Source: Amoebophrya sp. A120 (taxonomy: Eukaryota; Protista; Dinoflagellata). Taken from it: a stretch of 64,000 nucleotides of DNA. Shown here piece after piece: positions 23,230 through 33,714 of this stretch; the stretch's first letter is position 1; each line of letters begins with the position of its first letter. The translations under genes and the position numbers were made by a program. The stretch covers positions 10,673,890 to 10,737,889 of the forward strand of contig CAJINV010000003.1 of NCBI GenBank assembly GCA_905178155.1, given 5' to 3'. The notes below the pieces were generated by a model. It did no database searches and had not been told where the DNA came from. It was given only the letters and a program-made list of their open reading frames with translations.

Positions 23230-26200
23230 GGAGCGAGTTACTCCGGAAGCGTCGCACTCGCGGGCACATAGAATGGCTCAGCGCCCGCCATCGACGTGCC
23301 AATGGCAGTTCTCGCGCGAGTACTCGCTCGGCGCCCTCAGAACGAGCGAACCCCGCGCAGGTGGAAGATCATCCTCTACTGTCTCTAGCTGCAGATAAGC
23401 GGCGCCAGAATGTGAATAACAGTAATCAGGATCACGACTCTACTCCTACCGTTGATCTTGCGGGATTCGTTATTGATGGCAGCCGTGACGCGTCCGGCGG
23501 CGACGGACACACGCCTTCCGCGGAGGGAAAAAAGATGCTCTGCCTGCTGCGGAAGAGCGTCGAGTTTCCATATGCAAAGTGGGACAAGGCGCCGGGCTCG
23601 ACGAAGGAGCTTGTGCTGCCCCTGACCGGAAAGACGTGTGCGGTTGTGTCTAACTCCGGAGCGCTTCTGAGCCACGAGTATGGCACGGAGATCGACAAGC
23701 ACGACGTCGTTGTGCGCCTCAACAGCGCGCCGACCGGGGGCTGGGAGAAGCAGGTCGGAGCGAAGGAGGACGTGTATATCGGCATGCACGTTGCACGATA
23801 TTCTGAACGAGATTTGCGCGGGGCCAGCGGCACTGCAGCAGGCACACTACCAGCGAAAGGGTACCGTGGCTTGGGAACTGGATAAACACCTCCGGCTAGC
23901 GCAAAAAAGCACGAGAAAACTCCTCCAGCTGGCACAGCAGGAGGATCCGGAGGCGCTTCTGCTTCTGCGCCCCTCGAAAAATAGTGACACTGGCGATGAT
24001 GCGGACTGGAGCATGACGACAATAAATGCGACGGCAACCTACTTGTCGTTCCCTAGTGGGCAACCGATGCACGAAACACGGCGCACAGGTCGGACGAAAG
24101 AAAAGTTAGCAAAAACTACACGCCAGTCTCCATCAGCATCGACATCCCATCGCTCGATGATTACAGCTCTACGAACCTCGTCGTCAACACACTTTTGCAA
24201 CCACGGCGCCAAGAAACTAGATTCTGGAGCCAAAAAAAACGATGCAGAAACGGCGGAGGGTGACGTGGAAGAAGATTTCCAAGGGTCTGTTTCGTCCACG
24301 AATTTAAGCTCGGCGACGTCTTTAATTCAGGTACTACGCCGGGCGAAGTTGACGTCATCCCGTACGACCCGCCCTGCGGAAGCCACGACATCTTTTGCGC
24401 CAAGGCAAGTGCTACAGGAGCTGCAGCACAGGGTGGAAAAGTTACGTCGGGCGTACGATGACGTACGTCGGGTTGTTTTAGCAGAAAAAAAAGACAACCT
24501 GCGTCGAAATGCAGCTGCCAAAAGCAAGACAATTTACGTCGAGTATCTGAGTCCTGAGGAAATAAAGGAGCTCGTGCCCCGGTGCGCCAAGCACAACATC
24601 ACCGTGAAGGCCTTCGCGAAGGTATCACAAAAAAAAGTGCACACGTGCACGACTGTTTTTCCTTTTCCCGAAAAATGTTTTTTGTCGCCTCCCTCAAGAC
24701 GCTCACCTGTATCAATGCAGACACTTGCTACGAAGCTAGCTAGTAGATTGGCAGTCTGTCAGAGGTGGCGCACCTAGTGCACACGGTCCCATGGTGATCG
24801 TTGTCAAGGTCCGAAAGAGACGGGAAAAATAAGACCCATCAAGCTGGCCTCCGCTCATTGTCTCATCTCATAACGGCCGTCAAAAAGCAGGTCGAGAAAG
24901 CCCGGAGCTGTCACTCTACTTCCTAGAGGCGGGACGCCTGCAGGTCGTACACCCAGCGGGCCACCTTTCCCTGTCGCTGACTACGAAAATCGCCCACCAA
25001 CGAGTCGCCACTAGCGAAACCGTGGAGGGGCCCCTTTTTGGGGAGGTGCAGGGCCCAAGAACATGCCACGCAATCTAGAGACGGCACGCGCTGTTTTTCT
25101 TGGGTTCAAGAAACTCCGCAGGAAAAGATGAGGCGAAATTATCTGAATCAATTCTGAGTGCGAAAATTGCGCACCCTCCGGAAGCCGTGCGCATCGCATC
25201 CAACCTGCCCGGTATGCTGGTGGATGTGCACGGTCTACAAAGCGGCCAGGTTCGGTCGTGGCGGTCCTTCTGAACCGTGTATATATCGACCATAGCATAC
25301 GGTCTTCTAGGTGCGACGTGCGCGGTTTTTGGCGGCCACGTGCAAAATTTATCACAAATTTTCCAGCACCGCAACCGTGTTCATGGACCACAGCGTAGGG
25401 GCTAGGCTCCGCGTGGCCAATCTGAAAAGTTTGGCCTTGGGAGTATGCAAAATAAAACTTGCCTCTGCCTGTTTTCGCATATCCGAAATGTGGGGACTTC
25501 ATATCCGAAATGCGGGAAGCGCAAGCGACACAGCAAAACGACCCAGCATAAAGATCTGCAGCAGCGCGCGCGCCGACCTAACAATATTTTTCCACAGCCC
25601 CCGGCAATGTTTCCAACCCGCGGACAGCCGGGCGGCGGGGGGTCAAGTATATTTATGGCGTGTGGGTCGCTGCGGGGTACTGAAGGGCAAGCTGCTCCGC
25701 GGCTTAGCAAGTTGCCCCATCTCGGCCCGGAAGCGGAGGCTGGCCCTGGCTTGATGGATATCCTTGCACAGATTGCGCCGGACTTTGGCGGCCAGCCGGA
25801 ACACAAATTGTTGCGCTCATGGTTATTTATAATTATATTATTTCAATTTCACTAAGAAAATGAGGAGCGCCGGCCTATCTAGCTTCATAGCGAAGGGGAA
25901 GGCATCAAGTGTGGACGCTGTGCCTCGCCAGGGAGGAGGCACACAAAGTGTTTTTTGGAGAAAAACGAAAACCGTGCACATGTGCGCTTTTTCTTGTGAT
26001 AGAAGGAGCTTGGGTTCGATGCACAACGCGGCCAGCTCTCCGCCTTTCTCTCCGCCATGTATCCCGGAGGCGGTTCAAAGAGTCTGCGGGTTCCGGGACA
26101 AAGCCTCGACATCACTACGGGGTTCCGCGCGGCGGTCTTGATGGCCGCACACTGCAAACACGTGGACTTGTACGAGATGGCGCCGAGCCGCAAAGCGGCG

Positions 26201-27025
26201 AATGATCGAAAGCTACAATACCAATACTTCAAGGCGCATTGTTGCACCGCAGAGGAACTGGAGTGGATCGAGGCCGCGGTGAAGAAATCTCAGTCACTAA
26301 AACTACTCTTGACCGAAGGAGAAGTACGACGCAGGAAGATCGAGCGGGCCAAAGGCAGGGTCGAACAAGAAGTAGAGATGAGCGATTTGCTGAGCACGAC
26401 GGACGAGGGCCACAACTATGCCGGTACAAATAAGGATTACGCACAGCCGCAGCAGAACAAGGCCAAAAGTGACTGCAGCCCCGGGCCGATGTCGATGTGC
26501 GCAGACACGTCAGAAGATGAGGAAACCGAGAACAAAGCTTCCAGGAGCAATGAAGAAAGTCAAAGTTTTCTCCTCCGAAAAATCATAGCCACGCTTGTCG
26601 AGGCGCGTGAAAATGAGACAGATGAGGTGCTTGACGATGAATGCGGTGTCTTCAAGGAGGCAGACGTTTCCTTAGATGACTCGTCGCGGGCCACTTCCTC
26701 GCGGAGCGCGGTGAAGGGCGCAAGGCAGTATGCGGAGGAGTTTTCGCTCGAGAGCGATGAAAAAAAAGACTATGCTGGGGGTCGTCGTCCTTGTCCCGGT
26801 CGTGTCGCAATGGGGGAGCTGCTACAGGAGATCGAGAACAAGGACCCGGAGCCCTGGGGGCAGGGGGCCCTGCGAACGTTTTCCGACTGGCACGTGCTTT
26901 ACCGAGCCGAGCACGACTTCTACCGCCGCACCGCCATCACACCAGCGGCTGAGTCTTTCGAAACGGGAAAGGTGCAGCTACCCGGGCTTGCGAATCTTGA
27001 CTGCGAAGGAGGCGAATTAAAGTAA
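23130..27025 (+). CDS. GT29 sialyltransferase, ST6Gal-like (segments 23130-23790, 23798-24621, 26006-27025); 7-nt frameshift at ~23791, possibly pseudogenised
   Basis: Sialylmotif L CAVVSNSGALLSHEYGTEIDKHDVVVRLNSAPTGGWEKQVGAK, motif S TTGFRAAVLMAAHCKHVDLYEMAPS, motif III YQYF, VS-like WHVLYRAEH, C-terminal GKVQLPGLANLDC. Confidence 0.85.
24623..26001. mobile_element. 1379-bp introner whose DR creates canonical GT-AG sites
   Basis: Perfect DR GAAGG; TIR 26/29 (TATCACAAAAAAAAGTGCACACGTGCACG); splice AFAK|ELGFDAQ...AMYPGG in frame. Confidence 0.92.
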
Positions 27026-27209
27026 AAAAACCGAGGAGCACGAGTTTAGATCTTCAAACTTAATAAATCAAAAAAGAAAAACGGCGTGCGCTGTGAGTCA
27101 ATGCATCTTTTTATTTTTCAAGAAAAAAATGAATGCAATTGCAAACGCATCTCACCATACCTATGTATTTCCAGCAACCTATGTGTTTCCTTTGAGCTAT
27201 GCCTATGGC

Positions 27210-27969
27210 TTTAGGGCAGAGGTGTTTCCAGCAGCCTTCTATGAGCTATGGCCTTTAGTGCAGACTGAGCAGCACCGCAGTAGAACCGGAACAACTATCA
27301 CTAACACTATCTCCATGACGACGCCCATTATAGACATAGTTATACCATAGTGCAATGACGAGAAGCTACCTGTTTGCGTTTTCGCTCTCGTAGTCCTCGT
27401 GTCTTCATCTGCGCCGTTGTCATGGGCATGTACTCGAACCGGAGCTCAGGTGACCTTGAATCATGATCCTTCGTCGCAGCAGAAGCACAAGCACCTGGCG
27501 CAGCTCGTCTTTTTGAACCTCGTCTGTGAGAATCGGATTCGTGGGACGAGTAAGCGAGAGAGCCGAAGTTAAAAGTGGAAGCCGATAGAGTGTCCGTGAG
27601 CAATCAGGAGAACTGACTTCGATATATTTCGTGCTCCTTCATCCGCATTCAAGGCGCGTTGATTTTTGTTTCGTTTCGATTTGCTTTTGCATTTATTGAG
27701 CAGATACTTTTATTTCTGTGGTGCTGGTGCATGATCTGCGTCTGCCTCACAACATGTGACGTGTAGACAATGATCTGCCTCACAAGTCAGTGTCCTCGGT
27801 AGCTTCGAACACGTTTTCGCGACCTCATCAATGTATTGAGCAAGGGAAGCTGTGTGGTAAACAAAGACCATGAAGTTGTGGCTGCACCTGCTCCCAACTT
27901 CGAGCCTGTTGCTCACCCTCTTCACCGCTCAATCGGTCGCGACACTGGCGGACCTTCTGCAACGCGAGA
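27210..27969 (+). repeat. Segmental duplication copy 2 (upstream region + N-terminus of methyltransferase gene), with ~130-nt extra segment
   Basis: Colinear with 22610-23229. Confidence 0.9.
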
Positions 27970-30086
27970 GAGGAGATACCACAAAAAGTGGAGCGCTGCG
28001 TGAGAAAATGCAAAAGCAAGGACAACGAGAGCGACCGACAAGCAACAGCATTCCGGACTGGGGTGTGGGCATGTTTCAGTACTTCCGTCCCACAATATCC
28101 TGGGTCGAATACACCGTGCCGGTGGAGAGCTTCGCGGCTTTGGTTGCGACCACGAGCAAAGAGGGCCAGGGGCACAGTGGACCGAAAATCGTCTTCGACA
28201 GCGATCTGGACGACGCACTACTCTCACCCGCCGTGAAGGCGAACACGAACCACCCGGACGCGCACAGTTCCATGACGTTGCTGCAGGCTGGCACGAATGG
28301 GGAGAAGAATACAGATGGTGAGAACAAGCTCAGCAGCGCAATCACGATCGGTGATCAGAACGAAGAACAACAACAACACCGAGCGATCACGAAAAATAAA
28401 ATCGAGAACTACCTCGCACTTCGCGTGCAGTTTGCAGATGCAGTCGCGCAGCACCGTCTGCGGGACTTGCCGCCCGGAAGTCTGTACGCGTTTCCGGTGC
28501 GCAATTTCCGAGAGCTGGCGACCGCGCACCGGTTCGTGGAGCTCACTTCGGCGGCGAAAGACTCTGTCGGCTCGCACATGAACCCGGCCAAGGACGACCA
28601 TGGCATGCAGGCCTTTGCGTGCTGGCTGACGCGGGCGGCGGACGGAAAGGGCGGCTGCGTGGTCGAACTTCGGGCAGAGGCCGAGAAGATGGAGGGGCAC
28701 TTGAAGAACGGGCTGTCAGACGCGGAACCGAGTATAGGGTCGGCGTAACTGCTCAAACTGTTGATCCACCACAGCCTCGGGAGTGCTATTACTAGTCGCA
28801 CTACATCTCCTGCGCTAATAGCGGGAGGTCGTGTTGACCAATCAGCTGCTGCTTTCCTTTCCGAACAAATCGAGGGCGAGACCCCTGCCCAGTGGGCACG
28901 GACCGCGTCGCATTTCTACCAAACGGCGAAAGCCACCGACACGGACAAGGTGACGTCCCACCAGTACCACAACATGTGCGGCAAGTACCTCCCACAAAAG
29001 CTTTCCGACAGTTCCAAAACCGCCAAGCCGCTGTTCGAGATCGGGCTGGGGTATTCCCTGAAAATTAACCATCCCGATCCAATTTGTTGTGCAAAGCATA
29101 GTACGCAGTCGATTTCTCCTGTCATGCAAAACCAAAAAGTGGATGGGGATGCATGGCTAATTTCCAAGGAATATGGGGTGCAACATGGGGTACGGGCCGG
29201 GAGCCTCCGCGCAGCTTTGGCAAAAGCTCGGGTGGAAAGACGTGCACTTCATGGAGGTGGACCGGTCATGTGCGGAGAACTGGAAAGAGAAGATCGCGAA
29301 AGAAGGCTACCAAGTGCACATCGGCGACCAACAGGAAAGCGCGGCACTTGAAGAGGTCAAGGCCAACCTGGATTTCGAGGTGGAGGTGGTTGTGGACGAC
29401 GGCGGGCACTGGAACAAGCAAATCCTGACCTCCTTCTACACCCTGTGGCCGATCGTGCGCAACGGCGGTTTTTACTTCGTCGAGGACTGGGCAGAAGTTG
29501 CCTACTTATCAAGTGCAAAAATGTGTTGGCCTGGAAACTTCTGATGTTTTTTAGTTTGAGAAAGGTTATGGTGGGCGTACTGCAATACGCTTACGCACCC
29601 GCGCGTGACAAGTTTCTGGACTCCTTTATTGCGTTTCGCTTTTCAATTCCACCTGGCAAACTTCACTTTTGCCTTACAGGGAAGACGAAGAGGCTTTTCT
29701 CCTGGTCAGATATTACAGATTTAACTGTCAACATGTGAGACAAGCATGACAAACCTACATACCCGATGAACCTGCAAACGCGACAAACCTCATGTGAGAC
29801 AAGTATGACAAACCTGCGTCGGGTATACATGACAGACCTGCACTCTTCCAGACCCAGACACTTTTGCAGTGCATACTACTACACCGGCTACTATGACGCG
29901 CCGAAAAACGGAGTCGGGCGGGTGGGCGACGAGAAGCCGGGGACTTTTCAGTGGGAGATCGGCATGATGTTGCGCCACCTGTTCTGTAAACCGCTGAAGA
30001 CGCCCTGCTATGGTAATTTTGCTTTTATCGAGACGCAGTTCAGCCACGTGTTGTTTCGGAAGGGAGGGGAGGAAATGGAGGTGTGA
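27870..30086 (+). CDS. SAM-dependent O-methyltransferase, MycE/ElmMI-like sugar O-MTase family (exons ~27870-28731, 28846-29051, 29179-29506, 29881-30086; ~533 aa)
   Basis: TDKVTSHQYHNM, LFEIGLGCNMGYGPGAS, HIGDQ, VVVDDGGH, TSFYTLWPIVRNGGFYFVEDW; first intron GT-AG 28732-28845 (less certain) plus two introners; 1602 nt in frame. Confidence 0.8.
29052..29173. mobile_element. 122-bp introner (family C)
   Basis: Perfect DR TGGGG; TIR 18/21; splice restores EIGLG|CNMGYGPG. Confidence 0.93.
29507..29875. mobile_element. 369-bp introner (family A, reverse orientation to 16426)
   Basis: Perfect DR CTACT; TATCAAGTGCAAAAATGTG...ACACTTTTGCAGTGCATA; internal ~26-nt direct repeat CATGTGAGACAAG.ATGACAAACCT; splice EVAY|YTGYY. 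Confidence 0.9.
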
Positions 30087-31314
30087 AGCAAAAGAGTTAT
30101 AAATCAATATTTTTGGTTTTGCGGCCGCCCCTAACGTCTTTTGAGACGGGAAACAGAAGGGCTCGACTGCCCATGCTGGCGAGGCCGGACTGCGAGGAGG
30201 ACGTCTTCACCGTAAAGAGGTAAAAACTGCTGAGCGTGGCACAGGCACTTCAGCCGCACGAGGAAACCGCCACTGGCAAAGAATGTTCTCACGTACGTAC
30301 TCTCAAGTGCAGCATTGGCCGGTCTTTATTGTGGTGCCTCGTCACGTCGACTCGCACTCGTCACATCGGTCGACCATGGTCAGAAGTACAAGTAGCCACG
30401 AGGGGCGGGCGCAGGCTGACCATTTTCAATTCAAAAAACGGCATGCGTTGTAACTGATCGCATCGATGGATGACGATGATCTCTATGTCTATAGTCGGTA
30501 GCTACTTCGAACCAACGCGAAGCCTTCGTTTTTTTTTCGCTCGATTCATCTCAATTTCTCTAAAGTGTCGTGCTCTTGTGTTATTTTTCCAAGAAAATAA
30601 ACTAATGAGGGCCTCTGCCTACTGCTACTTGCTCTTGAGTTTTTGTTTCCAGGGACGATAGTGAGTCTCGGCTTGCTTTCCCTCTGGTAACTCCCCGTGA
30701 CTGTTAGTTCATAGCTAAAACGGGCAGCGTTTCTTCAGTTCACGGCGGCGACCGGTTGAGACATTGGCCACCAACTACTTACACTCAGGAACGCAGACAG
30801 TATGGGAAACTGCCAGTTACTTACTCGCTCGCCTGAAGAAGAGAGCACACAACTGATTTGTTGTTTTCTTGTTCTTCTTTCGCTTCCAAGAGAATATAGA
30901 CATAATCATAAAAAACTAATGGGTGCCATGCATTGCATCATATGCGTTTGCCTTTGCCGCAATAAAATGAAATCTTCCCCATGAGATGAAGCGTCGTCAC
31001 AAAAGCATAATTGTGCAAGAAGCAAAAAAAAATTCTTTGGTTTGCCTACGGCATGGGTAGCTGGAAGAATGTAAACTGGAATACCACGTGTCGACACTTA
31101 TTTTTGTCTTGCGAAGGCCACACGACAAGCAGATCGAAAATTTATTGACTCGCTTGGGTGTTCACCGCCGGCTTGTGCGGGTGCGTACTTCCCAAGGCCA
31201 GTGCTGTGGCGATGGTACTATGTATGTAGCAAGCTGGAGCTGGAGGTCTCAAAGTAGAACTAGAAGAGTGAGTATCCTAAATAAATATAATATATAAGAG
31301 TCTAATCAAGCATA

Positions 31315-32400
31315 CTAAGGGGAAAAGTCCGGGAACGGGAAAATCGGCAAAAAAAATGCCACTGGCCCCGGCGCGCTCCCCGACTCAGGTGCCCGCTTTC
31401 AGGTTTGGGAGAAGGTGCGGCGGGAGGTCGAGAAACTCTGCACCGCAAAAGAGATGTCCGTCAGTCTAGGTACGGGCGGAGCATCCGGGCATGCCGGGTG
31501 CCCGGCAGTGTTAGGAAATAGCCAGCCTGCTCCTGGAGTTGGCGCGGGGGGCGATGTTAACGGGCAGAAAAATACACTGGCTAGAAGAAGCCAGGAAGAG
31601 GCTAAAGACGCAGGCCAAAAAGGACCCGACCAAGCTCAAATACTACACCCAGCTCCTGAAGGAGTGCACAACCAAGAACATTGAGGCAGCTTTTGACACA
31701 CGTACTATGGCATTTTCTAATGATTTTTGTTCACTTTTTCTGCCAGCTCGGGGCAAAATTTTCGAACTCCGGGAATACGACATGTGGGGGGGTCCCCAAG
31801 GGGTGTCTAAATCGGTATTCCCGGAGTTCGAAAATTTCGCCCCAATCGAGGGAGATAGCCCGTGGGGGCAAAAATTTCGAACTCCGGGAATACCATTTTG
31901 GACACCTCCGAAGACACCTCCCGGAGAGGGGCCTCAGGAGGGGACCACTCCTGGTATTCCCGGAGTTCGAAAATTTTGCCCCATCCCCCAATTTGAGATG
32001 GCAATGACCGATGCTAGGGAGGCGATTTGCGCCTCCACAAATGCCCGCCGGCCAGCCGTTCGCGCCTCAAAGCTGGCCTGTCGGCCTGGTGGCGTGACCT
32101 TTTTTCGGCTTGCGGGCCTCGTGGGCCCGCCTTTTTTCTCGGGAAAGAGGTAAGTCGGCAAGCGCCTGAAGGTGTTTTTCAGCTTTTGAGCGAAGATATC
32201 CTATCCGGGGCAACAAGCTCGCCGAATCGCCCAGATGCTCCCGTACGTGGACTGACGGACAGCTCTTTCGCGGCGCTGAGCTTCCGATCTCCTGCAGCGC
32301 CTTCTCCTCAACCTGAAAGCGGGCACCTGAGTCGGGGAGTGCGCCGGGGCCAGTGACAATTTTTTTGCCGATTTTCCCGTTCCCGGACTTTTCCCCTTAG
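31315..32400. mobile_element. Intergenic non-autonomous TIR element (MITE) with TA target duplication, Tc1/mariner-like
   Basis: TA|CTAAGGGGAAAAGTCCGGGAACGGGAAAATCGGCAAAAAAA ... TTTTTTTGCCGATTTTCCCGTTCCCGGACTTTTCCCCTTAG|TA; TIR homology extends ~170 bp; internal alternating TTCGAACTCCGGGAATA copies. Confidence 0.9.
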
Positions 32401-33301
32401 TAAAGCACCAGGTTTCTTGACATAGTTATTTGAGCACAACCTCGCACCTGAACATGAACTGAGAGCCTGTCCGCGTTTGGATCATATCTTTGCGAAAAGA
32501 CAACATGATGAAGTTAAACAGCAATTCTAATTCATATTTAAGTAGGTCCCTCCCTTTGTCCATTGCTCTACGTCTACTGCTACGAGACGAAATCGAAAAT
32601 ACTCAGAAGATCGCTAAAATCAAACTCTAAACACCAGCGTTCCCACATTGATTGTGATCATGAGTGATGTTTTCGGTTCCGGTAGTTGTTTTCATTAATG
32701 AAATCGAATTTGAGGTATTGACGGACTGAAGTGTTCGAGAAGACAAAACGAAATCGCTTTTCTACAAAGAAGATGGCCAATGTGACAAATAAGTACAAGA
32801 CTTGCACTTACAAGTAGACACGCACGCGCCATCATATTGATCGGCAAAGCCATATACGAATGTTTCTATTTTTACGCTTTCGCGTCCTGAGCAAGGAAAT
32901 TGTTGACAGTTTCTTCTTCATGGTGTTCAGCGAAATTCTCCAGTGCCTCAACATACGTTTTTTTAAGCCCATTGACCTTATTGACCAAATTTCCTAGCAG
33001 CCCACCTACGTCTACCTGTACGACCGTAAGGAGCGAGCCCGCTCAACTCGGAAACCATAATCGACTTTCGTTCACTACTAGTTTACCGGTAATAGGTAAA
33101 AACTATTAGTTTTTACTTTGACCGGTTTAGGAGCGGCACCATTACCCTTGATCATCCTGCTGACCACGACCGGCGTTTGAGTTGGGGTGCTATCAGCTTA
33201 CGCGAAATCGAGAATAAGCCTACTGTTACTTGTAAAGTCAACTTCGCATTCTTTCTTTCTGGTAGATCTGGACTCTTCGTAGTTCCCCTTGAAGAACAAA
33301 A

Positions 33302-33714
33302 ATGGCTCGCGGACATCAGAAAGAACAGGCAAAACAAAAAAACCTCGAGAAGCAACAGAAACTGCAAAAGGCGGGGTCACAACTTGAGGCACAAAAAGTT
33401 GGGCTCAAAATCAGCTGCAAACTCTGTCTGGTATACACGATTGCTTTGATCATGGTTGTACTAGAAGAAATAAATGCTGTAGATGATAATTCTTGGAGTA
33501 GAAGCTATGCATATTTCATTTCACTTATGGTATTAATTAAACTTTGGCTTTCGTAGTTTTCTTTTGCTTTTGGTACATGTTGACACTGACGCTTGACATC
33601 ATCTCTTCCATGATCTCAAACCTGCAGGCACCCATGACAAACTACAAGTGCTTGCAGCAGCACTACGACGCGAAGCACCCAAAGGAGAAATGCCCGGGAC
33701 CGGACGAGGTTTGA
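33302..33714 (+). CDS. ZNF706: ZNF706-like (4F5/SERF + C2H2 zinc finger) small protein; exons 33302-33430, 33628-33714
   Basis: MARGHQKEQAKQKN...ISCKLCL|APMTNYKCLQQHYDAKHPK; canonical GT-AG intron 33431-33627. Confidence 0.9.
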
